Positions 8,065-18,408 of a stretch of DNA of 32,116 bases are shown here, piece after piece. Origin of the DNA: an uncultured Cellvibrio sp. (lineage in GTDB: Bacteria; Pseudomonadota; Gammaproteobacteria; Pseudomonadales; Cellvibrionaceae); NCBI GenBank assembly GCA_966248255.1, contig CBIMZH010000001.1, positions 1 to 32,116 of the forward strand. Direction: 5' to 3'. Every line of letters begins with the position of its first letter. The stretch's first letter is position 1. A model generated the notes under the pieces. That model worked only from the letters and a program-made list of their open reading frames with translations, was not told where the DNA came from and did not search any database. The position numbers and the translations under genes were made by a program.

Positions 8065-10923
8065 CTAGTTGGCCTCGGCTTGCGGTTGCTGGATATCACT
8101 GAGCGAGCGCTTTAACTCAAGCTGCGGGCGATAAACCGCAAGCTTGGCCGCGCGGCTATAGCGCGAGGGGAACAGCTGCTGCAGCGCCTGCATGCTCTGC
8201 ACAATCCAGGGACCCACAGCGCCCTCCGCGGTGCGCGCCATATTGATCTCGTAAAACTCTATGGCTTTTTCCTCGAAGGGGAAGGCTTGATCCTCGAGCA
8301 ACATGTTGTACTGCTCCAGTTCATCGCCCGCTAGCCCCGCAGGGCGCTGGGAGTCGAGCAGCGACTTGGAAAAAGTTTGGTAAATATTGGCAATGCTGTA
8401 AGTGGATTGCAGCGTAATGTCACTGAGCTGATAAGCCGCCGCCTGGCCATATAAACCAATCGCGCTCTGCATATGTTTTTTCTTCAAGCGCAAATGATTC
8501 GCCAGGGGCTCGACCAAGCGCACGGCGCGAAACTGTGCCAGCTCCTGATCAGCCAAATTAAGCGCTGCTTGCGCCGCCAGCGTTTGCGTGCGCGAATTTT
8601 TTTGTACGGACGAGGTTTTGCGATCGGCGGCGAGCATTTTAAAACGCCAGTCATTGGCCTCTGTGCGCTTGCCGCTCTGCTCGTAAAGGCCAACCAGCTT
8701 ATTCATCGCCTCCAGATTTTGCGCAAAGGGCGAGGGGTAGGTTTTAGCGTAATTGCTGAAAGCGCGCATTGCATCGAGGGTTTTATGCTGGGCAAGGTAA
8801 AGCTCTGCGGCCTGCCAGAGCGCGGCCATTTGTACCGACTTGTCCGAATCCTGCGCCGAGATAGATTCAAATACGCTGGCCGCTTTATCACTGTCGCCCA
8901 GTTTTAAGTAAACCATGGACAGCTGCCGCGTTGCGTCTTTGTACAGCGAATGCCGGGGAAAGTTTTTTTGGAACAACTCAATAGCCGCTGCCGCTTCGGG
9001 CCAGAACTCATTGGTTACCGCCAGGCTAATCGCATCGTAAAGCCCGTCGCCGGCAATGGAGGCGTCCGGTAGGGTTTTGGCCAGGCGCGCATACTGATTA
9101 ATAGCCGCCTTGACTTCACCCTGCCCCTGCAAAGCCCCTGCTTGATTGTAAATCGCCAGGGCCAACGCCTCGCGATATTTAGCCTGGTTTTTATCCTGCT
9201 TGGTGTCCCTGCTGGCTTTTACCAGGGGGTTTAGCAGTGCCTCAGCATCTAAAGGCTGCTGCAGTTTTAAATAGGCCAGGGCTTTTAAATAATTGACCTG
9301 ATTAAACAATGGCTCAGGCATGCTATTGGGCAGGCTCTCGCTCAAACTTAACAGCGCATCATAGCGCTGGTGCTGGTAGGCAAGCTCCAATACATGCAGC
9401 GACAAATCCTGATAGCGCGGTTCACTGCCGTACAGCTGAATTGAACGGCTGGCATAGCTAAACAATTTATCCAGCCAGGGGCCTGGCTGCTGACTTTGTT
9501 GCACCAACTTGTCGCTCAGGTCGATACAGGCATAGGCCGCCTCTTTATCCAACACAATATCGCCATCATAGGCCGCCCGCTCAAACAGGCTAAGTGCCTC
9601 AACGTAATCCATTTGCGCAGCGCGCAGCTCGGCATAAGCGATATACACCTTATCCTGACGGGCGTAGTTATTAAAATATTTGAGATAGCGCTGATACCAG
9701 AGCTGCGCCTGCTGCAGCGCCTGATTGGATTTATGCTGGCGATAAGCGCTTTGCTCGGCATCGGCCAAAATCAACATATTAGCGCGCAGGGCTTCAACAA
9801 TTTCGGTGTAATTCGCAGCGCCCTTATGCTCGCGCCAAAAGCTGGAATCCGGCCCATAGGTGCTATAAAACGCCGCCAATGCCAGTGCATATTTATCCTT
9901 GGCGCCAGACAGACGCAAAATACTCAGCTGCTGCAAACGCGCATCGGCCACTTCTGCTGCGCGGGTGTGCTGCGCAATAAAACTCTCCATCAGCTTATCG
10001 GCGCGGGCATAGTTTTTATCGCGCAATTCAAAGCGCGCGGCCAGGGCGTAAACTTTAAAAATATAAGCAGTATCACCCGGCTCAGTAAAATAATTGTCCA
10101 GCCCGGCAAAGTCGTCGCTGGCGCGCACAGCGAGGGTTAGCGCGCGCAGGTATTCTTCGTAATCGTTCTTGTCGCTGGCGGACAATGTTTGATAGTTGCC
10201 AAATTGGCGATGCTTGATAGCGCCAATAAAATCTTCGCTGGCGTCCCCATACAACTGCTGTTTCAAGCGCGCCCAGCCGCGTTTCATCAAAGCTTTTTCA
10301 TAAAGTGGATGGGCTTCGCCAGCAAATACCACATCGGTATAGGCCATTTCTGCATTCAGGTAATCCTCCTGCAAAAATGCAAATTCACCGGAGCGAAATT
10401 GCGCCTCGGCAAAATAGGCCGACTGCGGAAAGCGCTCCGTCAGCTGGCGCAATGCCGCCAGTGACTCATCGGCCATGCCCAGTTTTTCGTAGCTTTGCGC
10501 CAGCTGATAAAGCGTTAAATCTGCATCCTTGGCCTTGGGAAATTCGTCCAGGCTTGAACGCAACAGTTCTACGGTTTTGCGCAGGCTTTGCGCCTGAGCC
10601 TCATCTAACAGCTGCGCCTTGTCGGCATCTGCACTTTTGGTCTCTATCGCGCGCAGCTTGTCCATTTCCAATCTGGCCAAGCGGCGGATAGCGGCCCGCC
10701 TCCCCTTCTCCTCTTCACCCGCCCCCTGCAAATAGTCTTCATAGGCCTTTTGCACTTCAGCCTGGCTTTTGGGTGCAACAAAAACCGGCGCCTGGTTGCT
10801 GCCGGCATTTTGCGTATCCCAGTCGGCAAGCGTTGGCGGCTTTTGTGGTGGTTGCGCGCAGGAGGCGATAAACACCAGCGGCAGCAGGTGCAACAACCTG
10901 GAGGAACAGTTACTTTTGATCAT
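8065..10923 (-). CDS. Large TPR lipoprotein (GltD/AgmU-like), 952 aa
   Basis: Lipobox IAS-C and many TPR-like helical pairs (LYQLAQSYE, EAQFRSGEFAF, ALMKRGWARLK). C-terminal LLDSQRP...ELEQYNMLLEDQAFPFEEKAIE motif. The TPR call is firm; the GltD likeness is from motif recall. Confidence 0.8.
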   Translation of the reverse strand: MIKSNCSSRLLHLLPLVFIASCAQPPQKPPTLADWDTQNAGSNQAPVFVAPKSQAEVQKAYEDYLQGAGEEEKGRRAAIRRLARLEMDKLRAIETKSADADKAQLLDEAQAQSLRKTVELLRSSLDEFPKAKDADLTLYQLAQSYEKLGMADESLAALRQLTERFPQSAYFAEAQFRSGEFAFLQEDYLNAEMAYTDVVFAGEAHPLYEKALMKRGWARLKQQLYGDASEDFIGAIKHRQFGNYQTLSASDKNDYEEYLRALTLAVRASDDFAGLDNYFTEPGDTAYIFKVYALAARFELRDKNYARADKLMESFIAQHTRAAEVADARLQQLSILRLSGAKDKYALALAAFYSTYGPDSSFWREHKGAANYTEIVEALRANMLILADAEQSAYRQHKSNQALQQAQLWYQRYLKYFNNYARQDKVYIAYAELRAAQMDYVEALSLFERAAYDGDIVLDKEAAYACIDLSDKLVQQSQQPGPWLDKLFSYASRSIQLYGSEPRYQDLSLHVLELAYQHQRYDALLSLSESLPNSMPEPLFNQVNYLKALAYLKLQQPLDAEALLNPLVKASRDTKQDKNQAKYREALALAIYNQAGALQGQGEVKAAINQYARLAKTLPDASIAGDGLYDAISLAVTNEFWPEAAAAIELFQKNFPRHSLYKDATRQLSMVYLKLGDSDKAASVFESISAQDSDKSVQMAALWQAAELYLAQHKTLDAMRAFSNYAKTYPSPFAQNLEAMNKLVGLYEQSGKRTEANDWRFKMLAADRKTSSVQKNSRTQTLAAQAALNLADQELAQFRAVRLVEPLANHLRLKKKHMQSAIGLYGQAAAYQLSDITLQSTYSIANIYQTFSKSLLDSQRPAGLAGDELEQYNMLLEDQAFPFEEKAIEFYEINMARTAEGAVGPWIVQSMQALQQLFPSRYSRAAKLAVYRPQLELKRSLSDIQQPQAEAN

Positions 10924-12241
10924 AGAGTGACGCTAGCCCAAATTTTGATTGGCTGAGATAACTTTCGACATCTGCCTGCTCTGCCGCAAACAGTTGTGCG
11001 CGGCGGCGGCTTAAGGCGTGATTGACAACGGCTTGAAGGCTTTGCAGCTGTGTGTTTGAGATATTGGCCTGGGTATTGGTATTTATTAGCGCGGCCAATA
11101 TCTGCTGCTTTTTATTCAGGCTGATTAACAGTGGATCCTGACCATAGTCGGCGCGCAGGAATTGCCGCGAACTATCTGCCGCGGCGGCCAGCAGGCCCTG
11201 GTAATAACCCACAGCCTCTTGATAAGCAGAGAGCGCTGCGTCTAACTGCTGCATTTGACGCAGGGTAAAGGCGTAGAGCAAATAGGATTCGGCCACGGAA
11301 ATATCTGGCTTAGCTATCGCTCTGAGGCGACTAAAAGCATTGAGCGCACCGGCGTAATCTTTTTGGTTTAGCGCAGCCAAACCCAGGCCGAATAGCGCGC
11401 GACTGGTGTACTGATTATCCAGCCCAACCTGGCGAAAGCTGCTGCGCGCATCGCGATAAAAGCCAAATTGCAATTGGGCAAAGCCCAGCACAGTGTGCAT
11501 ACGATAATCCAGGTCGGTTGGCGACCCGGCATTCAGCGCCAGCGATTTTTCCAGCGCCAGCTGAGCATCTGTCCACCAATCCTGACGCAAATAGGCCGTG
11601 GCCATGTTGAGCAACACCAGGCGATAGGCAGAGGTTCCCGGTTTAATTTTTTCGTAAACAGCAATTGCCTGGCGATGCTTTTTTAATTTTTGCAAAGCGG
11701 TGCCTACCAGCAATTGCGCCTCTGGCGCTTGCTCCAGGGGCAATCGATCAAAAATCTCTTTGTCCTGCAGCTGCTGCAAAACGTCTGACCAGCGCAAATT
11801 CGCGGCCAGGTATCCTGCCAATTCAAAGCGGGTGCGCGCCAGTGCATAGTCATCGGCGCCAGCGGAAAAGTCGGCCATTAGCGCACGCGCAAAAGCGCCA
11901 TCCTGCAGGCTTAGGGCTGTGTGAATCAGCGCTTGGGTTTCACCGCTATTGCCTTTGGCCAAAAGCAGGTTTTTATTTTTCCTTAACAGCAGCAGCGCCT
12001 GAATTGGCTGACTGGTCGCCAGAGCCTCCACCTGCTGCTGCAGCTGCTTTAGGTTGTGCGGTTTAATAAGCTGAGCGTTTTGCTCCAGCTGTAGCATTGC
12101 CTGATCAATCGCCTGTTCGACGTCTTCAACCAGGTTTGGATTTGCGACCTCAGGGACAACCGGCTTGGCCAAAGCCAGCCAGGGCAAAAAGCAGATGGCA
12201 ACCAAGGCTAAGCGCAAGTTATGGGCAGACAAAAAAATCAT
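10910..12241 (-). CDS. Secreted TPR protein (GltC-like), 443 aa
   Basis: Sec signal peptide (ALA-K), TPR helices, FRQVGLDNQYTSRALFGLG and C-terminal YLSQSKFGLASLYD. Overlaps the next gene by 14 nt. Confidence 0.7.
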   Translation of the reverse strand: MIFLSAHNLRLALVAICFLPWLALAKPVVPEVANPNLVEDVEQAIDQAMLQLEQNAQLIKPHNLKQLQQQVEALATSQPIQALLLLRKNKNLLLAKGNSGETQALIHTALSLQDGAFARALMADFSAGADDYALARTRFELAGYLAANLRWSDVLQQLQDKEIFDRLPLEQAPEAQLLVGTALQKLKKHRQAIAVYEKIKPGTSAYRLVLLNMATAYLRQDWWTDAQLALEKSLALNAGSPTDLDYRMHTVLGFAQLQFGFYRDARSSFRQVGLDNQYTSRALFGLGLAALNQKDYAGALNAFSRLRAIAKPDISVAESYLLYAFTLRQMQQLDAALSAYQEAVGYYQGLLAAAADSSRQFLRADYGQDPLLISLNKKQQILAALINTNTQANISNTQLQSLQAVVNHALSRRRAQLFAAEQADVESYLSQSKFGLASLYDQK

Positions 12242-12279
12242 GGCGAGTTACGAATACTGTTAGCACATTCAGCAGGGTG

Positions 12280-12306
12280 AAAATAACAGGGAGCCTCACG
12301 GCTCCC
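12280..12306 (-). terminator. Putative Rho-independent terminator after clpV with interrupted U-tract
   Basis: Minus strand GGGAGCC-GTGA-GGCTCCC followed by TGTTATTTT. Confidence 0.6.
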
Positions 12307-12330
12307 CGGCATACTTGGCAGCGGCAGACA

Positions 12331-14973
12331 TTAAGAAATTTGGTAGCTGAACTGCCCCTCTTCATTAACGTCTACATGCACTTTGCTAATTGCTTCACCC
12401 ATGGCCATTTTACCCAGACATTCGGCGGCCATAGCTGGCAGCAGAGTGCGCGTCAAAATGTTTTCGATATTGCGCGCGCCTGTATCTACCTCCTGGCTGC
12501 GCGCCAGCAGATGCAGCATCACTTCTTCGCCATAGGTGAATTCAGCATCGTAATGCTCTTTAACGCGTTTGCTGATGCGCTTCATATTGATTTGGCAGAT
12601 TTTCAGCAGGTCCTCATCACCCAGTGGGTAATAGGGAATCACCGTGGTGCGGCCGATAAATGCCGGCTTAAAGTAGCGCAGCAATTGCGGGCGGAAGTTG
12701 TCCAGCAGCACCTCTGGCTCTGGGCGAGTTTCGGAGGCGGCGCACATAGCGCGAATATGCTCCTCACCGGCGTTGGAGGTCATGATGATGACGGTGTTGC
12801 GGAAATCTATATCGCGGCCTTCGCCATCTTTAATGGTGCCCTTATCGAACAGGTTGTAAAACACATCCTGCACGCCTGGGTGAGCTTTTTCCATTTCGTC
12901 CAGCAATACCACGCTATAGGGCTTGCGACGCACAGCCTCGGTGAGCACACCGCCTTCACCATAGCCAACATAACCTGGCGGCGAACCGAGCAGCATGGAA
13001 ACCTTATGCTCCTCTTTAAATTCGGACATGTTAATCACAGTAATATTTTGCTCACCGCCGTAGAGAATATCGGCAAGCGCCAGTGCAGTTTCAGTTTTGC
13101 CGACACCGCTGGAACCCACCATAAAAAATACGCCGATTGGCTTGCGCGGGTCAGTTAAACCAGCGCGCGAAGTGCGTATGGATTGCGCAATCGCCTCAAG
13201 TGCATGGGACTGACCAATAACCCGCTGGCCCAGGGTATCCTGCAAATTCAAAATGGATTTGATTTCATCGGAAACCATTTTGCCTACTGGAATGCCTGTC
13301 CAATTGGCGACCACTTCGGCAATAGCCTGGCTGTCGACGTTAACCTGTATCAAAGGCGTCTCCTGCTGCAACTCCTGTAGCTGTACGCGCAAATCCTGCA
13401 GCTGGGCTTTTAAACCAGAATCGACTTTTTCCGGGTCGCCCTTATGGAAGGCCTCTTCAATTTCGCCCTGGAGTTTGCGCACTGCAGCCACCAATTCACG
13501 CTCGGCTTGCCACTGCTGCTCCTGCTGTACCAGACGCGCCTCCAGCTCGGCTTTAAGCTGCACCTGGGCGTGAATATCCTGTTCGTAATTGCCCAGCGCA
13601 GCGTTTTCGCGGCCCAGGGATTCAATGGTGGATTTGCACTGGATAATTTGCCGGCGGGTATCTTCAATGGCTGCAGGTGTTGCGCTTTGGCTTAGCGCAA
13701 CGCGGGCGCAGGCGGTATCCAGTAGGCTTACTGACTTGTCCGGCAGCTGACGGGCCGTAATGTAGCGCGAGGAGAGTTTTACCGAATCGACAATAGCGTC
13801 ATCGAGGATACGCACGCGGTGATGTTTTTCCAGCATGGGCGTAATCGCGCGCATCATATTGATCGCCTGAGCCTCGCTTGGCTCCTCCACTTTTACCACC
13901 TGGAAGCGACGCGTCAGCGCCGGGTCGCGCTCAAAATATTTTTTATATTCAGCCCAGGTAGTGGCCGCTATGGTGCGCAACTCGCCGCGCGCCAGCGCTG
14001 GCTTAAGCAGGTTAGCGGCATCGCCCTGGCCCTCTTTACCACCGGCGCCAATCAGTGTGTGGGCCTCATCGATAAACATAATGATGGGCTCTGACGAGGC
14101 TTTAACTTCGGCAATCACCGATTTTAGGCGATTTTCAAATTCGCCTTTAACACTGGCCCCCGCCTGCAGCAAGCCCAGATCCAGACTGCGAATGGCAACA
14201 TTTTTTAATTGATCCGGCACATCGCCCTGGGCGATGCGCAGGGCAAACCCCTCCACCACTGCGGTTTTACCCACGCCCGCTTCACCGGTAAGAATGGGGT
14301 TGTTTTGGCGGCGGCGAATTAAAATATCAATGATCTGGCGCACTTCCTGATCGCGGCCAATGACCGCGTCTATCTTGCCGCTTTTGGCTGCAGCGGTAAG
14401 GTTTACCGTGTATTTATCCAGCGCGGGAGTATTGCTTGGGCCTGCGGCAGACGCTGGCGCCTCATCACTGGTGGCTACCGCTTTTGCCTGACGGGATTCA
14501 CCCGTCGCGCCGCCGATGGAGCGAATAAACTCGCGCAGGGATTCCGGGTTAATTTTGCGCAGCTCGCCATTGCTTAGATCTGTCGCGCGTTTCAGGCTGT
14601 CATCAAGCAGCAATGCCGCGAGCAAATGGGCAGAGCCAACACGCGCCTGAGCATATTCCACCGAGGCGAGAATCCAGGCATTTTTAGCCAGGTCGACAAT
14701 GCTTGGCGACAGCGCGGGCGCACGGGAATTGCCGCCTTTTATGGCGTCCAGCTCGCGGTTCAAGTGGGTGATAAGGTTGGCCGGATTAATCTCAAACTTT
14801 GACAGTACATAGTGCAGATCAGAATCGGTAACTTCCAATAACTTAAGTAACCAGTGCTCAATTTCAACATTGTAATGGGTGCGCGCCAAACACAGGCCGG
14901 CGGCACCTTCAAGAGCATTGCGGCAGGGCTCGTTGAGTTTAACTACCAAAGATTTGAGATCTATATTAATCAT
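12331..14973 (-). CDS. tssH: T6SS AAA+ ATPase ClpV/TssH
   Basis: ClpV-type N-terminus ([11 protein letters not shown]...[10 protein letters not shown]), [18 protein letters not shown], second Walker [16 protein letters not shown]; adjacent to tssG. Confidence 0.97.
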   Translation of the reverse strand: MINIDLKSLVVKLNEPCRNALEGAAGLCLARTHYNVEIEHWLLKLLEVTDSDLHYVLSKFEINPANLITHLNRELDAIKGGNSRAPALSPSIVDLAKNAWILASVEYAQARVGSAHLLAALLLDDSLKRATDLSNGELRKINPESLREFIRSIGGATGESRQAKAVATSDEAPASAAGPSNTPALDKYTVNLTAAAKSGKIDAVIGRDQEVRQIIDILIRRRQNNPILTGEAGVGKTAVVEGFALRIAQGDVPDQLKNVAIRSLDLGLLQAGASVKGEFENRLKSVIAEVKASSEPIIMFIDEAHTLIGAGGKEGQGDAANLLKPALARGELRTIAATTWAEYKKYFERDPALTRRFQVVKVEEPSEAQAINMMRAITPMLEKHHRVRILDDAIVDSVKLSSRYITARQLPDKSVSLLDTACARVALSQSATPAAIEDTRRQIIQCKSTIESLGRENAALGNYEQDIHAQVQLKAELEARLVQQEQQWQAERELVAAVRKLQGEIEEAFHKGDPEKVDSGLKAQLQDLRVQLQELQQETPLIQVNVDSQAIAEVVANWTGIPVGKMVSDEIKSILNLQDTLGQRVIGQSHALEAIAQSIRTSRAGLTDPRKPIGVFFMVGSSGVGKTETALALADILYGGEQNITVINMSEFKEEHKVSMLLGSPPGYVGYGEGGVLTEAVRRKPYSVVLLDEMEKAHPGVQDVFYNLFDKGTIKDGEGRDIDFRNTVIIMTSNAGEEHIRAMCAASETRPEPEVLLDNFRPQLLRYFKPAFIGRTTVIPYYPLGDEDLLKICQINMKRISKRVKEHYDAEFTYGEEVMLHLLARSQEVDTGARNIENILTRTLLPAMAAECLGKMAMGEAISKVHVDVNEEGQFSYQIS

Positions 14974-14996
14974 GCTTCTTTCCTTAACTATTAAAT

Positions 14997-16109
14997 TTAA
15001 CCTTGTTTGGCAGAGACAGTAATTTTGACTGTTTCGCTCATCCCAGGCTGATTGCCGGTTTCACCCATCATCCAACTGCTCCAACCCAAAATGGCTGGGC
15101 TCTTTGCACTTATCTGCATACGTTTGGGCAGATCCGCGCGTTTTATCTCCATAATAAATTCGTAGTCTTGCTCCAGGCCAAGGTACATTTGCACCATTTG
15201 GTTCATCACCGCAAAGGCCTTGGTTCCCGGCGCAAATATCGCCAGCTGCTGTTTATTGAGCGGGCCAATGACCAGGCGAATTTTGCCTTGAGCGATCCAG
15301 GCGCGCGCGCCCAACATGGCCGATTTACCCAGGCAGGCATTTTGCCCATGACGATTAAAACTATCGCCCATGCGCGTGCGAATATCGGCAATTAAGTCCT
15401 GCCACTGCCCAATAAATTGCTTGAGTTCAACTCTCAGGCCAAAATAATCCGCCAGCATTCGTTTTAAACCTGAGGCGGTACGCACCTGGCCAGCCATCAG
15501 GCCGCCGTAATAAATTAACGAGTGATCCGCCAGTGCCAGACGATTCTGCAGCCGCTGGGTGCCCAGGCCGATAAGTGACAACAGCGCCTGAGTGGGGGCA
15601 AAGGCTTCGCCAATTTGAGCTAATTGACTGCGTTCCAAACTGAGCGGCAGGGAATACTTGGTTTGCGCGCGGTAAAACAGCGAAAGCAGACGATGGTTAA
15701 ATAAATCAAGAAAATGGGCAAAGCTTTCGTCCTTCTGCCTTTGCCGCTGCAATAAAAACTCTGTGTAGTGATAGGGCATTACCCCCATAGTACCCAGCAA
15801 CCCAAAGAAGTTTGCCTGTGCTCGAATAGCGCCGGAATCACTTTTTCGCGACAACTCCAGGCGAGAGGATTCGGCCTCAGGAAAGGCAAGACTCGGGCGG
15901 GTGAAAAACTCAAGCGTCTCTTTAGCCGGCGGGGTAAATTCACCCACCATGCCATAAGTAGCGCTTTTGCCCGCAGGGGTATTTGTCTCGGCGTTATAGA
16001 TAAGCGCGCGCTCAACCAGCCGCACTGTCTGCAGAAAGCTAAAATCCTGTGGAGCAGCCAACAGCTGCTCGATTAAAGAAGCTCTTTGTCGCCTGCGCGT
16101 GGGGAACAT
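14997..16109 (-). CDS. tssG: T6SS baseplate subunit TssG
   Basis: FSFLQTVRL, PSLAFP, NFFGLLGTMGVMPYHYTE and FLDLFNHRLLSLFYRA motifs; overlaps the tssF 3' end. Confidence 0.95.
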   Translation of the reverse strand: MFPTRRRQRASLIEQLLAAPQDFSFLQTVRLVERALIYNAETNTPAGKSATYGMVGEFTPPAKETLEFFTRPSLAFPEAESSRLELSRKSDSGAIRAQANFFGLLGTMGVMPYHYTEFLLQRQRQKDESFAHFLDLFNHRLLSLFYRAQTKYSLPLSLERSQLAQIGEAFAPTQALLSLIGLGTQRLQNRLALADHSLIYYGGLMAGQVRTASGLKRMLADYFGLRVELKQFIGQWQDLIADIRTRMGDSFNRHGQNACLGKSAMLGARAWIAQGKIRLVIGPLNKQQLAIFAPGTKAFAVMNQMVQMYLGLEQDYEFIMEIKRADLPKRMQISAKSPAILGWSSWMMGETGNQPGMSETVKITVSAKQG

Positions 16110-17905
16110 TTTTTTAAGAAACCTTCTTTATTTTTTCGTTTTGCAACCAAACGGGTAAAGGAATTGACCGAACAATAAAGGCCAAAAAAGTGCTCCAACA
16201 CACTGGCAAACAGGTAACTGCTACTGCCCGATAGCTGGGCATCATCTATGGTGAGCTGAATTTCCAGGCCGCGGCAAAGGGCTGTGCGGCCATCCACCAA
16301 AAGCGGCGCACTCATCGCCTGCACATCAAGCGCGACCAAGGATTCAATAATCGCGCGCGAAGCTGATGAGTCTTTGAAATCATAAAGCCGCAGTATTTCC
16401 TTTAACGCACTTAAACTATCCCTGGAGCCAACGAGCGATAACTGATTGAGGTTAATATGGGACAAAAACCGCCAGCGGGCGCCTTTACCAAGCGGAGGGC
16501 GCAGCGCCCGTGTTGGTTGAATCAAGCAGCGGATTTTTTCGCAGGGCGGCGAAGCATCCACCGCCTGTAACCGTGGTTGTTCACTGTTAAACGGCAATTT
16601 TTCCGGCAGGTTACGATTGCTGCAGGTGGTTTTAATTAACAGGGTTTTGTCATCAGGCAAGTTGGGGTTGAAATTCAAATCGACCAGCGATAGAAAGACA
16701 TCGCTGGCCTCATCGCGGCTGGCGCCGCCCATCTTGGCTGCCTGCCTGCGTGCAAACCAGTAGGACTGGTTGCGCAGATCCAACTGCTGATGTTTGATGC
16801 CGTAAAGTGGCAAAAATTCGTGGCGTTCTCCAGCGGAACTCAAGCCTGAGAGTTGATCCACCGAATAGACCTCATACCCCAGCGGTCGGCGCAAATCCGG
16901 CACCAGAGGGTATTCACTGATTTTGTGGTCGAGCTTTATCGGGTCCGCCTGATGCTCAAATAAATTAACCACAGGGCTACAGCCAAGAACGAAATTGGCC
17001 GCCGAGATATTGCGCTCCAATTCAGTATTTGAGGATTTAAGGTAAATATAGATATTCACCTCTTCTCCCTTGGTTGACATTAACTTGGCCAGACCGACTA
17101 TATCAATAAATAAAAACTTTTCCGGAAAAGCAAAAAATTCACTTAATAATCTATACCCTAGAAATGAACTTGCCGGATAGGGCAGCAAGCCCTCGTCTTC
17201 GCCAAAACCTACGGGCTTTATTGCCTGGGCGGGCAAAAACGCTGGCTTTACATCTGCGTCCGATTCCGCTACGGCAATTTGTAAACACTCGTTTAAAAGT
17301 AATTCGTAAAGCGGGTTTATGTGCTGCGCCTGCCCTTTGAGGAAAAAACGTAATTTTTCCGGCTGAATTTCGCTGAGTAGCAAGGTTTCATTAAAGGTTT
17401 TTAGCCTCAGGTGAAGCACTGCATTTGCGCCTCGCGCATCATTTGCCCCCGGCGTGGCAAAGGGGCGCCCCAGCAGACGGGCTTCCTCCAGGTTAAGCGG
17501 CAGCAGCTCAGTTTCGTAGATACTGGTAAAGCGACAGTTCTCGCCTTGAAACGGATCGGTTTCCAACAGGCTGCGCGCGGGAATCTTATAACTGGCCTCC
17601 AATTGTTCAGTGTCTGGCACAAACTGCACAATCGACATAGAAGGTATTGGCCGCTGGTAGTGCGGATAAAGCACAGTTAATAAGGCATCACTGATATCGG
17701 AAAAATCATCATCCAATTTATGGTGAATACGCGCATTGAGGTAGGCAAAGCTTTCAATCAGCCGAGACACATGCGGGTCTTCAATAGTGTCAGTACTTAC
17801 CCCCAAACGCCCGGCAATTTTCGGGTGCTCTTCGGCAAACCTGGCCCCCAGCTGGCGAACATAGGCCAGCTCCTTTTCATAGTAGGGGAGTAATTCATCA
17901 GCCAT
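16073..17905 (-). CDS. tssF: T6SS baseplate subunit TssF
   Basis: YYEKELAYVRQLG, HPKIAGRL, DPHVSRLIESFAYL, GYRLLSEFFAFPEKF and SVNSFTRL. Confidence 0.97.
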   Translation of the reverse strand: MADELLPYYEKELAYVRQLGARFAEEHPKIAGRLGVSTDTIEDPHVSRLIESFAYLNARIHHKLDDDFSDISDALLTVLYPHYQRPIPSMSIVQFVPDTEQLEASYKIPARSLLETDPFQGENCRFTSIYETELLPLNLEEARLLGRPFATPGANDARGANAVLHLRLKTFNETLLLSEIQPEKLRFFLKGQAQHINPLYELLLNECLQIAVAESDADVKPAFLPAQAIKPVGFGEDEGLLPYPASSFLGYRLLSEFFAFPEKFLFIDIVGLAKLMSTKGEEVNIYIYLKSSNTELERNISAANFVLGCSPVVNLFEHQADPIKLDHKISEYPLVPDLRRPLGYEVYSVDQLSGLSSAGERHEFLPLYGIKHQQLDLRNQSYWFARRQAAKMGGASRDEASDVFLSLVDLNFNPNLPDDKTLLIKTTCSNRNLPEKLPFNSEQPRLQAVDASPPCEKIRCLIQPTRALRPPLGKGARWRFLSHINLNQLSLVGSRDSLSALKEILRLYDFKDSSASRAIIESLVALDVQAMSAPLLVDGRTALCRGLEIQLTIDDAQLSGSSSYLFASVLEHFFGLYCSVNSFTRLVAKRKNKEGFLKKCSPRAGDKELL

Positions 17906-18392
17906 GGTGAGACTCTTCCACAGTTACAGTTCGGAATACAGGGTCCAATACTGAGTCAAATACAATAATTTCGGGCGCCGGGTCGGCGTAAAGGGTGGCG
18001 TCTATGCGAAACCTCAGCGAGCGATCACCTGAATCTTTGTTTTCTATATGCTGGACTTTGATGCTTTTAAAGCGCGGTTCAAAACGCGCCAGGGTTCGCT
18101 CCAGACTTTTTATAAATTCACGTTTTTTTTCAATATCGGCAATATTGACCGTTGCCAAATCCGGTAAGCCATAGTTGATCAGCGACAGCTCCAGCTGAGA
18201 CAAATGTTCGGGTGCCGACTTCATACGAAAGCGGGTATTGAGCAAATTTTCCAAATCACGTTTGACACTGGTGCGTAAATCGCGCAGATATTGACTGCGA
18301 CCAATACTGGCCTCCTGATTCAGGTGAGGCTCTTTATCGATCAGACGATCGAGAATTGAAGGGCGAATTTCCTTTTTTTTATCCAGACGCAT
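17898..18392 (-). CDS. tssE: T6SS baseplate gp25-like subunit TssE
   Basis: PSILDRL, DLENLLNTR, SLINYGLPD and FEPR motifs. Confidence 0.95.
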   Translation of the reverse strand: MRLDKKKEIRPSILDRLIDKEPHLNQEASIGRSQYLRDLRTSVKRDLENLLNTRFRMKSAPEHLSQLELSLINYGLPDLATVNIADIEKKREFIKSLERTLARFEPRFKSIKVQHIENKDSGDRSLRFRIDATLYADPAPEIIVFDSVLDPVFRTVTVEESHHG

Positions 18393-18408
18393 AAAGTCAA
18401 TTCCCCTC

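Noticed and set aside
8064-8099. 12-aa N-terminal extension of the small TPR lipoprotein
   Set aside because: Overlaps the upstream gene. The ATG at 8063 gives a normal signal peptide and tight coupling.
7428-12241. TPR genes as T6SS effector-immunity pairs or BamD/CpoB/PilF
   Set aside because: All have Sec or lipoprotein signals and no toxin, Rhs, MIX or PAAR motifs; sizes and context do not fit the housekeeping TPR proteins.
12097-13158. 353-aa plus-strand ORF
   Set aside because: Antisense shadow of clpV; long antisense frames are common opposite conserved Clp-family genes.
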